Virus record (IMG/VR): IMGVR_UViG_3300028591_000094
Location: 104,083 to 168,082 of that record
Direction: 5' to 3' (one strand)
DNA: 64,000 nt
Origin: a virus
Lineage: Duplodnaviria > Caudoviricetes
Part shown: positions 39,754-48,521 of the stretch, one piece after another
Layout of the letters: the number at the start of each line of letters is the position of its first letter
Numbering within the stretch: the first letter of the stretch is position 1
Notes under the pieces: generated by a model
What the model was told of the DNA's origin: nothing
Databases searched by the model: none
The model's input: only the letters and a program-made list of their open reading frames with translations
Translations under genes and position numbers: made by a program

Positions 39754-42700
39754 TTATAGTTTTACTTTGTTTTTAAAATTCTTTATGAAAGCCTTTGTCT
39801 TCTCTGCGGTTGTTATATTGCAAACGCCGTCGGGTATCGCTGCACCGCGACATATTTTGGATTCGCTGTCGGATGCAAGACTTTCTTGGTATGGTTTATA
39901 ATTGTTTTTGTTGTTGTTTTTGTAGAAGCTAAGGCAATGGGAGTCAATTAGCCAATAGTCGTCAATCAATCCCTTGATTTTATCGCCAGTCATTGTTCCA
40001 ACTGGTATATCTCCATTGGTTATCTTGTCATATTGTTCAAAAATGGAACTCTCCATGAATTGGTTGCTATCCATCGTCCCATTATCATTTGCACCATCTA
40101 CATCAAACATCTGTGTGTTGAGATATTCCTGGACTTCATCACTAGTGTTATCATTATCCCGCAAGAAATCCTCAGTCTTTTGAGTAAATATGTAAGCTGA
40201 GTCGTTAACATCTTTAACCTTAAAATTATTGTCAACCCATTCGTAGTCATTCTTCACCGAATCGGAATTGAAATCAACATACTCGTTCATCGGCACGATA
40301 CCGCCTTTATTCTGGGTATACATGTATACGTAGTCCAGTTTATCACTACCGTTTTCTTTAAATACTGGCTGTCTGTCATTTGTTACTTTAGCAAACTCAA
40401 ACGAATATGTATCGCTACGCCCAGTGTTCTGTAGAGTAACGACGTTTAACAGTTCACTTGCCAAGTCTTTACCCTCACTGGCAACCTTGTTCAATTGTAC
40501 CAGTTTATTCATTGATGGTGCCTGATTTACCAAATTGTAGGCATCCATTGCACCGAACTTGGCGGCAACATCATCAGTTACCTGTTCTCCATGGTGCAAC
40601 TGATTAAATATAGCCTCCGCTCTGAGCGCTGTGTATAATGCCATATTCTCCTTAGAAGAATAAACATATGATGGAATATTTCGTCTTAAATCGCGCGGAA
40701 GCAGTGAAAAGTGAGCAATTTCATCATTGCCTTGGTGATTAAGTTTTTCATTTCCATCCCTCTTGGATAGTAGAATATCCTGCAAGGCTAAAAACAGTTC
40801 GTCAACCAATACCTTTTCCTGCCACTCGGTTGGTCCGATAAAATTGCCAACCCACCCGTCGAACTTAGTATCTTTTGTCTCAACCATCTGTCGCTGTTCG
40901 ATTTCTTCTGCAGTTCCCGTGTATTTCCGATAAACAGCAGGAAACGGCGGAACCTGTTTGGTTGTGTATGACGGCACGTCGGTTTCAGTATCCAAGTTAT
41001 ATATTCCCAGTTTTGCTGGTTTGCGTAAACCGTTGTCTATCTCCTGGTAAATGGCGTCCGCGGTTTGGTTGCATAAAGCTACAAAAGTTTCAAGGTGACA
41101 CATTACAATCTTGAAATACCCTCCGATATAAGGTGTGAAACCTACAATATCCTTGATAGTTTTATGTTTCGTATTTCGTAATGTTTCAGTATATTCCTTT
41201 CGCTTAATTTTCAAATCTGTCAACACTTCGCCGACCTTGGATGTAATTCCATGGAAATCAATGACGGCGGCATATCTTGCATAATTTGAACCGCGTTGCG
41301 ACCACTCCCATGTTGAATAATTCTTATATATCTGTTCCGAAAGAGCGGCAGGTATTGACATTTCCTCATTTTGACTGTCGTTATAGTATTTAACCTTAAC
41401 ATTCAAACACGAGGTTTTGTCTTGTATTATATTGCCGCTCGTTTTATTGGACTCTCCGTCAAGAGCAGTCAAAACATTGATACCAATATCCTCGTTGTTA
41501 TTTTTATATTCAGTAAAACTGCTTATACTAACCGTACCTGGTTGCCATTCACTCCATTCGCCAGTATTTCTACAATTGGGTATCAATTTCGATGTGATTT
41601 CCAGCTCTGGGTGTTTGTATTCAAAATCTTCGATAGCATTGCCTAGGGCGTTGTATGTTGAAGTAATCTCGTTGTTGATTGTAATTGTTTTGGATTGCGA
41701 ATGTATCATCATCACCTCAGTGTCCGCTGTAACGGCTGATGTGATATATTCTATACCGTAGGCGTTCTGGATAGCAGTTTTCAATGTGTTGATGTAGCTG
41801 TTGATAAGGGTTAAATCTTCCTCGACCTGGTCGTAGTCGTTTATGGACGTTGAAATAGCTTCATCTAACAATATTTCCGACTCGTCACTATCACCTATCT
41901 CTTCGATAGCCGCTTTCACATTTTTATAAAACTCATACAGTTTGAAAGGGGGTTCAATTCGAGTGTCCTCATCATAGGTTATCATCCAGCCATTTGAATT
42001 GTTGGCTTCCGCTATTCTCACCTGTTCGTCCCAATAGGCACTTCCTCTTTTTGTTAATGGGGCTGCTACTATATAATCGAACGGAATATCACCCAACACC
42101 CCATACTCATAACCAATAAATTGAACTGTTATCTCAAAATTACCAGTACCTGAATTAAATGTACCTATAAAATTCGAACACGTAAGCTGATATGTAACAT
42201 CCTTCCCGTAAAAACCTTTCACCTGGAGTTTGAACCGAGGATAAGGAAAGGTAACGAAACCGCCAAAGATATTGTCCATTATTTTTCCATCTTTGTCGAG
42301 CTCCAAATCTTTCAGATTGCCGTATTCGTTGTGTGTAGCTTCCTCTCTCCCAAAGAATCCCGCTCCGCGAATGTCGATAAACTTGATTGTCACATGTGGA
42401 CAGGTATAGTTTGCCATTGAAATGGAAATGCTTTCAATCTGCAAACCTTCAACAAAATTCCGTTTCTTTACTTCGTTGAAATCAATATTTGTATAATCAG
42501 TTGTGAGATAGTTGTAATTGTCAACATCCTCGCCCTGGAGAAATGAAACATATTCGTTTCCCTTACTAGCTTTCATCAAGTCGTAGCCAATGGCTATTTT
42601 GTCATCCCTGTCGGTACCGCCCGCCTGGTTTTTGAGACGCGACGGTCTTTCCACTATCAGATTACACCAGATGCTATAATCGGTATAGTCTGGTGTCATC

Positions 42701-42786
42701 GGTACACCGTTAATGTGCCCGTGAACATCGTTCGGGTCGATATAGACAATTCTGTTGTTTTTTACTGTGTTCTCTATTTTTGACAT
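39754..42786 (-). CDS. Baseplate hub N-terminal-like structural protein
   Basis: 1010 aa; IESISI..VTIKFIDIRG..PYPRFKLQVKGFYG..GNFEITVQFIGY beta-rich N-terminus; follows the gp53/LysM-like gene. Confidence 0.55.
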   Translation of the reverse strand: MSKIENTVKNNRIVYIDPNDVHGHINGVPMTPDYTDYSIWCNLIVERPSRLKNQAGGTDRDDKIAIGYDLMKASKGNEYVSFLQGEDVDNYNYLTTDYTNIDFNEVKKRNFVEGLQIESISISMANYTCPHVTIKFIDIRGAGFFGREEATHNEYGNLKDLELDKDGKIMDNIFGGFVTFPYPRFKLQVKGFYGKDVTYQLTCSNFIGTFNSGTGNFEITVQFIGYEYGVLGDIPFDYIVAAPLTKRGSAYWDEQVRIAEANNSNGWMITYDEDTRIEPPFKLYEFYKNVKAAIEEIGDSDESEILLDEAISTSINDYDQVEEDLTLINSYINTLKTAIQNAYGIEYITSAVTADTEVMMIHSQSKTITINNEITSTYNALGNAIEDFEYKHPELEITSKLIPNCRNTGEWSEWQPGTVSISSFTEYKNNNEDIGINVLTALDGESNKTSGNIIQDKTSCLNVKVKYYNDSQNEEMSIPAALSEQIYKNYSTWEWSQRGSNYARYAAVIDFHGITSKVGEVLTDLKIKRKEYTETLRNTKHKTIKDIVGFTPYIGGYFKIVMCHLETFVALCNQTADAIYQEIDNGLRKPAKLGIYNLDTETDVPSYTTKQVPPFPAVYRKYTGTAEEIEQRQMVETKDTKFDGWVGNFIGPTEWQEKVLVDELFLALQDILLSKRDGNEKLNHQGNDEIAHFSLLPRDLRRNIPSYVYSSKENMALYTALRAEAIFNQLHHGEQVTDDVAAKFGAMDAYNLVNQAPSMNKLVQLNKVASEGKDLASELLNVVTLQNTGRSDTYSFEFAKVTNDRQPVFKENGSDKLDYVYMYTQNKGGIVPMNEYVDFNSDSVKNDYEWVDNNFKVKDVNDSAYIFTQKTEDFLRDNDNTSDEVQEYLNTQMFDVDGANDNGTMDSNQFMESSIFEQYDKITNGDIPVGTMTGDKIKGLIDDYWLIDSHCLSFYKNNNKNNYKPYQESLASDSESKICRGAAIPDGVCNITTAEKTKAFIKNFKNKVKL

Positions 42787-42789
42787 CTA

Positions 42790-43125
42790 CTATTCCAGTT
42801 CATCAATGTTATGTTCATTAATCCATTGGTTTGCGGCGCTTTCATATCTGTTTATCGCATCGTCTAGCGGATACGGTATTCGTATTGTAATGTTGTCGTT
42901 GATACTAAACTCATAGGCACCCAGTCCAGGGTTTGCCTGCAATATCAACCAACCATAGTTCGGGTCGCCGTAATATTTATACGACAGACTATCGAATCTC
43001 ATCTTGTCTTTCTTAAACGTAATATATAAGTCTGACCCTGACGGTTTAATTTTTATAAAAGGCACTTTTGACCAGACTTGACCATCGGTTCTGAATTTTT
43101 CATATCTATTGTAATAATCAGCCAT
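42790..43125 (-). CDS. Baseplate wedge gp53 / tail X (LysM-like) protein
   Basis: RFDSLSYKYYGDPNYGWLILQANP...IRIP. Confidence 0.8.
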   Translation of the reverse strand: MADYYNRYEKFRTDGQVWSKVPFIKIKPSGSDLYITFKKDKMRFDSLSYKYYGDPNYGWLILQANPGLGAYEFSINDNITIRIPYPLDDAINRYESAANQWINEHNIDELE

Positions 43126-43162
43126 ATTAACACTTATATAATATAATATAAATATTTAAGAC

Positions 43163-43197
43163 AAAAAAACAAGGGGATTCGACTATCAAATCCCCTC
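43163..43197 (-). terminator. Intrinsic terminator
   Basis: Minus strand GAGGGGATTTGA-tag-TCGAATCCCCTTGTTTTTTT. Confidence 0.75.
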
Positions 43198-43205
43198 ATT
43201 TTCTT

Positions 43206-46200
43206 TTAAACTTTTGTTTCGTTGGTTGTCTTGGTGCCTGTATCTGTTATCTGAGCATATGTCGTCATTCCTTTTTCCTGATAGTTCTGTGCTTTGAAAG
43301 CATATGATTTGGCTGTATCAACTTTGTTATTGCCAGCACCGCCCATCGTCTTCCAGTTGTCACCCTGGTATTCAACCCTATCCGCACGATTGTCGTAGAA
43401 ACTGGTATTTGCGTAATAGTTAAACGACATAGCGTTCTGGAGTCTTCTAACAGGACCTGTAATATCACCGCCTCCAATAAACTTGAAGTTAATGTTCACT
43501 TTGCACAACATCGGCTGCATTCCGTTGCCTTCAGGGTTTAAATCCCATTGCAGTCCATCAGAAACACTATAGTCAAAAGATATTGAGTCAATAACAATCA
43601 GTTGATTATAAAAATCACCGAGACGTAATACGCAGTACGGAGGTCTACCAAATGCTAAGTTATTGGCTGTCTTGCCACTTAAATCTGACATTGTCTTGGT
43701 ATTACCCTGTCTGGTACACTGTTGCAGGAATGTAAGTCTAGCATTAAACCCTTCTGGTGTCATTGAGTGGAACGCTGGGTTAAAATATTTGATTTTATCC
43801 TGCAGTTTATCGAAAATAAACGGGTTGTCAGCAAAGAACTGACGATAGAAGTGGTATTCCTGGTCATATCTGAGTTTATTCCAGTCTCCTTCACCCTTCT
43901 TGGCGTCAAATCTTGGTTGTATTGGGTCTTTACCTATATTACAGAACTGAATAAGTATACCGTCTCCCCTGTCAACCCAAATATTGTCACATCCCTCGGT
44001 TTCGGTTGGGTCAGTATAACTATTCTTTTCAATCATTTCTTCCTCACTGACTTCTTTCGTACAAGTGTCACGCACGATACCGTCGGCATGTTTCACTTGT
44101 TTTATATTTTCCAATACCCGATACATTGCAATGTATCTTGCAACCACATCTATGTCGTCATGTCCTGTCAGCCCCTCGTTAACCAATAGATTTAGATATG
44201 AATATTCATCTGAAGTTAGAAACGACGAAGCGTCGATACGACTGTTAACTAAATCCACGAGATTAGTGTTTTCTTCTATACTGTTAATAATGTTTTCAAT
44301 AGTCTCTGTATTACCATATGACCATATTGCACTATACTGACTGTTATAGTTCGGGGTTTGTGGCTCGTAAGTTAATTCACCAACAATATCCTGACGTAAT
44401 TTATCCTCAGTCCAACATAAACTCTTGGCTGCTTGTTTCTGTAAATTAAAGTCTTCCGACATAAATATCAGTGAGTTAATGTCACAATCCGAAGATATAT
44501 CCCAATCCTCTGCATTAAACGGATGTTGTGCAACCGTCTTGTTACTAAAGTCGTTAACAATTACATAATATTTTCCATCGTGACAACACACGTCACCAGC
44601 AACCGCTTGACTGACTGATGTACTGGTTGAATACATGTAATTACCATCAAACTCACCGTTTCCGTTACAATCGGTTATTATTAAATAATATATTGCACTA
44701 GAAATGTCTATGTCCCAAATTTGACGTTCAACACCGTTTATATCGGTAATTGCAATATAATAAGACCCTTCATAATAGCACGCATGGTCTGGTGCATAGT
44801 TTGTGAATGGCGAAAAATCTTCAACGCTGGTTTCGTGCATCCAGTCTGGCGTACTTGGAGGTGCCTGCATTGTAGATGAAACAGCGCACTGATAAAGTTC
44901 GTGATTTCTTTCAACCCAGTCGCCAGTGTGATAAACAGTCATTGAATTATATAAATCAACTTCCATCCAATTATCACTCTCATCTGGTGTCTGAACTTGT
45001 GAATAAGCCTCTTCTTCTGAAATTAATCCTGTGCATATATGCCATTGATTGTCAAAAGCACATAGGTCGTCAATTTCAGCGTCGGCTTTATTGTTGACTA
45101 TGTTGTAATTTTGATTGAAATAGTTTCTTAATTCCTCAACAGTTAGCTCATGCCAGTCGTTGTCATCCCAAGTCCAGTTCCAATACCTTTCAAGACATGC
45201 AAAGTTTTTATTTGCTGTATAATATTCACTATTTTGCAAAACAATGTCGCCGACATCATATTTTGTCCAAAGACCAGGGGTGGTTTGTTGATTATTACTG
45301 GTTGAATATGATGCAGTTTCGCTATATTCCCCCTTATAATTGGGATTATCGCCAACAATTGACGCTCTGGTACCACAATACGGTTCCTGATTGAAAATGC
45401 CTATCTTGGTGTCTGTTGATGTTGAAGTATCGATTATCTGTTTTTCATTCAGTATTACTTCGTTTTCAACACTTTCACCGTTTTCGTCAGTTTGAGCCTT
45501 CTGTTCATAGAACTTTGCATCGGCATTTTTTCTATAATACGTCCAATCCGTATTAGCTCCAGATGGCGGGTCGATTTGGGTAAAACCGACATAACCATCA
45601 AACTCAGCGTTAGTATGTTCATGTAATTCGCCTTCAATATCCTGTACAGTCTCGTAAATATATCCATTGTATTTTACGTAAGTATGAGCTGGGTAACTTT
45701 CAGTTTTAACATATTCACTAACTATAATTGTCTCCCAGAAATCAGTGTCAGTTATATCGTGGAAACCCGTGCAGTCGTCCTCTTCACAATAACCACAATA
45801 AAGAATGCCGTCATTCTGTACATAATCGTCGGCGCTGTATTCTGTCGTGGCTGACCAGAATGGAACCATTTTAAAATATTCCGATGAAGATTGGTCGACA
45901 TCAGGATTGTTCTGTGTACCAGCAATCGTCTTAGACGGACTGAACTTCATAACACACTTGGCGCTTCTGAATAATTTGGCATGTGCGCCGTTTACATCTT
46001 TCTTTTCACTCTCAGGAACCTGAACGTCGGATTTAAATGTATCGTTTTCATTCAAACTATTCTCAACATTAGCCCATTTCGGGTTAGAGTGAATCCACGA
46101 TACGATAGTCTGACTTCTGTTCTTGGCTAACGGTATGTTTCTAGATTGTTTACCGTGTTGATTCGATACACCGCAGCATTCTATACTTTCAAGTGTTCTA

Positions 46201-48473
46201 TCTTCACTATTGCTGAACAAATCGACAAGTTTCTTAACTCGTTCTTTACTTTCGTCGCTTAACTTTTCATATATGTAAGTGTAAACACCGCTCATATCCA
46301 GCACATCTGAGCTATACATAGCTGCAGCAACCTCGGCAAAAGAGTAAAGGTTATCTGGGTCGTTCGAAAGTTCCCTGATATTATCACTAACCTCTAAATT
46401 ATATTTGAAAGAACGATTATCCCATAAGTTATATGTCTTAATAGTCTGGTTGACAGTGTTAACACCATTGTAGTCACCATTAACAAAACGCGGGGTTTTA
46501 TCCTGTTGTACATGGTCGATACGATAATACCATTTTTTATTTGGTTCTATCTGCCAAGTACCCTGGTTAGTATTTTTACCACCCTGTATAAACTCTTGGT
46601 TGTCATCATTAGTTGATATTCCCATATCCCCCATTTCATAGCCAATTGCGGTTGGCATGTTTGTCGTGATATCAGTAAGACGTAGCTGACTGTCATGATA
46701 CCCATCGGTTTTCTGGGCGTTGCGACCAGCAAGGAGATATGCGATAGCATCGACAGCAGGACCGTCTGGGTTATATCTACCGCTTGGGTTGGCTGGGGTA
46801 TCCAGCACACCTGAATAGTTATTCGGGAAGAACATATAAAACTCAACCTTTTCTGGGTTGTTCTCAGGCGGTTGATTGAACACTGGGTCAGGCGGAAGAA
46901 CCGCATCACGGTTGATGTTCTGTTCTTCAGTCATTTTCTTTTCCCCGAGAATACCTGGAATTTCTATCTGTTTGTATTCATCGGTCATCGGGGTCGGTTT
47001 CTCTATAATATTGTCTTCATCCTCGTTAGTTGACTGCCCGTTCTTACCATTACCCATACAACCAGCAAAATAGCGCAAGTAATCAGTTTCGCTGGCGCCA
47101 GCACCGTCGTCAACCCCACTAATCGCTCTGTTATTATCCCACCAGCTTGAATAATCAATTGACGATGGGTGGTCGGTAAGCATTATAAACGACAGGTTGC
47201 CACTTCGTTCAGAGTTGACATATGTCCAAACGGGTTCACCTCGTCCAATGAACTCGTTTTGGTTCCATCGGGCGTTAGCAGTTTCGTTTATAGTTAAACC
47301 GTATGGTGGAAACCACATAATGCGACCGCCAAACGGTCCTCTCTGTTCCCAAGATAATGCTTGTTCAAATGAATATGGGTCATAATCTTTCCATGCAAGG
47401 TTTTCAATTGAAAACATACAAGACTTGGTGTGAATGTTTCTGCTTCCGCCACCACGATATTTAGGTGTAATGATAGGAAGACCTGTAGGAGGTTCGCCGT
47501 TTACCCCGCGTTGTAAATCCAAGACGGAATTTTCCAATCTCCTGTTCTGGTTATGCCTTCCTCTCCAAGCATAGTCGTAGTTTTCACCGACACTGTCTTT
47601 GTGTTTGGATGGCTCATGCCCAACATCTCTTTCATCCCACTCAAACGCATTACCCCAGTAGTTGATGCCGCCGCTGTTAGCTCTCATTGTCTTTGAGAAC
47701 CTATCATACATGTAGTGATGTGTCCAAACGCGACAATATGGATTGTCATAACCATTAATATTATAACTACCCTGTCCATTCTCTGCGGACTTTGTTAATA
47801 AATTTCGTCCACGGGATTCGCCATATTCACTCCCGACCTGTCCCTCATAATAAATGTTTGGACTGGTATGGAAATTGGATATAATTGAATTGATTTTATT
47901 CTGTCTGTATAGAAGTTGTGTTTTATACAGGATTGAATTTCTATCAACCAAGCTTCCTGTAAAATGTAAACTTCCGTTGGTTACCGTTGTTCCGCCTGGT
48001 GCCTCACCCTCTCCGTTGAACTCCAATCCGTCGGGAGCGTCAAAGTATCTGTGAGAAACATTGAACAGATTTGGTCTGTTGCTTGTATTTGTATTTGCAA
48101 AACTTTGGCGTGTTGTTATTTCCCCGTTACTTTCAGCAAAACGGAGATTAGTCATGAAGTCTATGTAGTTATTACCATCAGTGTATGATGGCTTCTGTGG
48201 CATGGTTCCGAAATTTTCAGGGTCACCGTCTATGTAGGCGTTTTCCCCGATGGTGCCTAGTGTTACCTCCTTTTCATGCAGATTACGCAACATATGTGCT
48301 TGCATATAGGCATAGTTACGCATGTTAAAATTTCTCATGTCGTCTATGCGAATTGTTGTCAAATCTATCATCAAGCCTCTCACCATTGGAGCAAGGGTCA
48401 ATATCCCGCCGATTGACAATGTGCTGGCTATCATGTTGCTAGTCCCGTTCAGTATGTCTTGTAAATCTGCCAT
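43206..48473 (-). CDS. Tail tube initiator-like baseplate protein with inserted OmpA-like and CBM5/12-like domains
   Basis: FPPYGLTINE..W....IGRGEPVWTYVNSERSGNLSF and PPYCVLRLGDFY..IDSISFDY..WDLNPEG..PMLCKVNINF (split tube-like fold); GVSN....RNIPLAKNRSQTIVSWI; repeated YxxGDxVxxxxxxY. Confidence 0.6.
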   Translation of the reverse strand: MADLQDILNGTSNMIASTLSIGGILTLAPMVRGLMIDLTTIRIDDMRNFNMRNYAYMQAHMLRNLHEKEVTLGTIGENAYIDGDPENFGTMPQKPSYTDGNNYIDFMTNLRFAESNGEITTRQSFANTNTSNRPNLFNVSHRYFDAPDGLEFNGEGEAPGGTTVTNGSLHFTGSLVDRNSILYKTQLLYRQNKINSIISNFHTSPNIYYEGQVGSEYGESRGRNLLTKSAENGQGSYNINGYDNPYCRVWTHHYMYDRFSKTMRANSGGINYWGNAFEWDERDVGHEPSKHKDSVGENYDYAWRGRHNQNRRLENSVLDLQRGVNGEPPTGLPIITPKYRGGGSRNIHTKSCMFSIENLAWKDYDPYSFEQALSWEQRGPFGGRIMWFPPYGLTINETANARWNQNEFIGRGEPVWTYVNSERSGNLSFIMLTDHPSSIDYSSWWDNNRAISGVDDGAGASETDYLRYFAGCMGNGKNGQSTNEDEDNIIEKPTPMTDEYKQIEIPGILGEKKMTEEQNINRDAVLPPDPVFNQPPENNPEKVEFYMFFPNNYSGVLDTPANPSGRYNPDGPAVDAIAYLLAGRNAQKTDGYHDSQLRLTDITTNMPTAIGYEMGDMGISTNDDNQEFIQGGKNTNQGTWQIEPNKKWYYRIDHVQQDKTPRFVNGDYNGVNTVNQTIKTYNLWDNRSFKYNLEVSDNIRELSNDPDNLYSFAEVAAAMYSSDVLDMSGVYTYIYEKLSDESKERVKKLVDLFSNSEDRTLESIECCGVSNQHGKQSRNIPLAKNRSQTIVSWIHSNPKWANVENSLNENDTFKSDVQVPESEKKDVNGAHAKLFRSAKCVMKFSPSKTIAGTQNNPDVDQSSSEYFKMVPFWSATTEYSADDYVQNDGILYCGYCEEDDCTGFHDITDTDFWETIIVSEYVKTESYPAHTYVKYNGYIYETVQDIEGELHEHTNAEFDGYVGFTQIDPPSGANTDWTYYRKNADAKFYEQKAQTDENGESVENEVILNEKQIIDTSTSTDTKIGIFNQEPYCGTRASIVGDNPNYKGEYSETASYSTSNNQQTTPGLWTKYDVGDIVLQNSEYYTANKNFACLERYWNWTWDDNDWHELTVEELRNYFNQNYNIVNNKADAEIDDLCAFDNQWHICTGLISEEEAYSQVQTPDESDNWMEVDLYNSMTVYHTGDWVERNHELYQCAVSSTMQAPPSTPDWMHETSVEDFSPFTNYAPDHACYYEGSYYIAITDINGVERQIWDIDISSAIYYLIITDCNGNGEFDGNYMYSTSTSVSQAVAGDVCCHDGKYYVIVNDFSNKTVAQHPFNAEDWDISSDCDINSLIFMSEDFNLQKQAAKSLCWTEDKLRQDIVGELTYEPQTPNYNSQYSAIWSYGNTETIENIINSIEENTNLVDLVNSRIDASSFLTSDEYSYLNLLVNEGLTGHDDIDVVARYIAMYRVLENIKQVKHADGIVRDTCTKEVSEEEMIEKNSYTDPTETEGCDNIWVDRGDGILIQFCNIGKDPIQPRFDAKKGEGDWNKLRYDQEYHFYRQFFADNPFIFDKLQDKIKYFNPAFHSMTPEGFNARLTFLQQCTRQGNTKTMSDLSGKTANNLAFGRPPYCVLRLGDFYNQLIVIDSISFDYSVSDGLQWDLNPEGNGMQPMLCKVNINFKFIGGGDITGPVRRLQNAMSFNYYANTSFYDNRADRVEYQGDNWKTMGGAGNNKVDTAKSYAFKAQNYQEKGMTTYAQITDTGTKTTNETKV

Positions 48474-48521
48474 TTATAATGAAACTTAATATATAATATA
48501 TATATTATCAACTCTGAAAAA

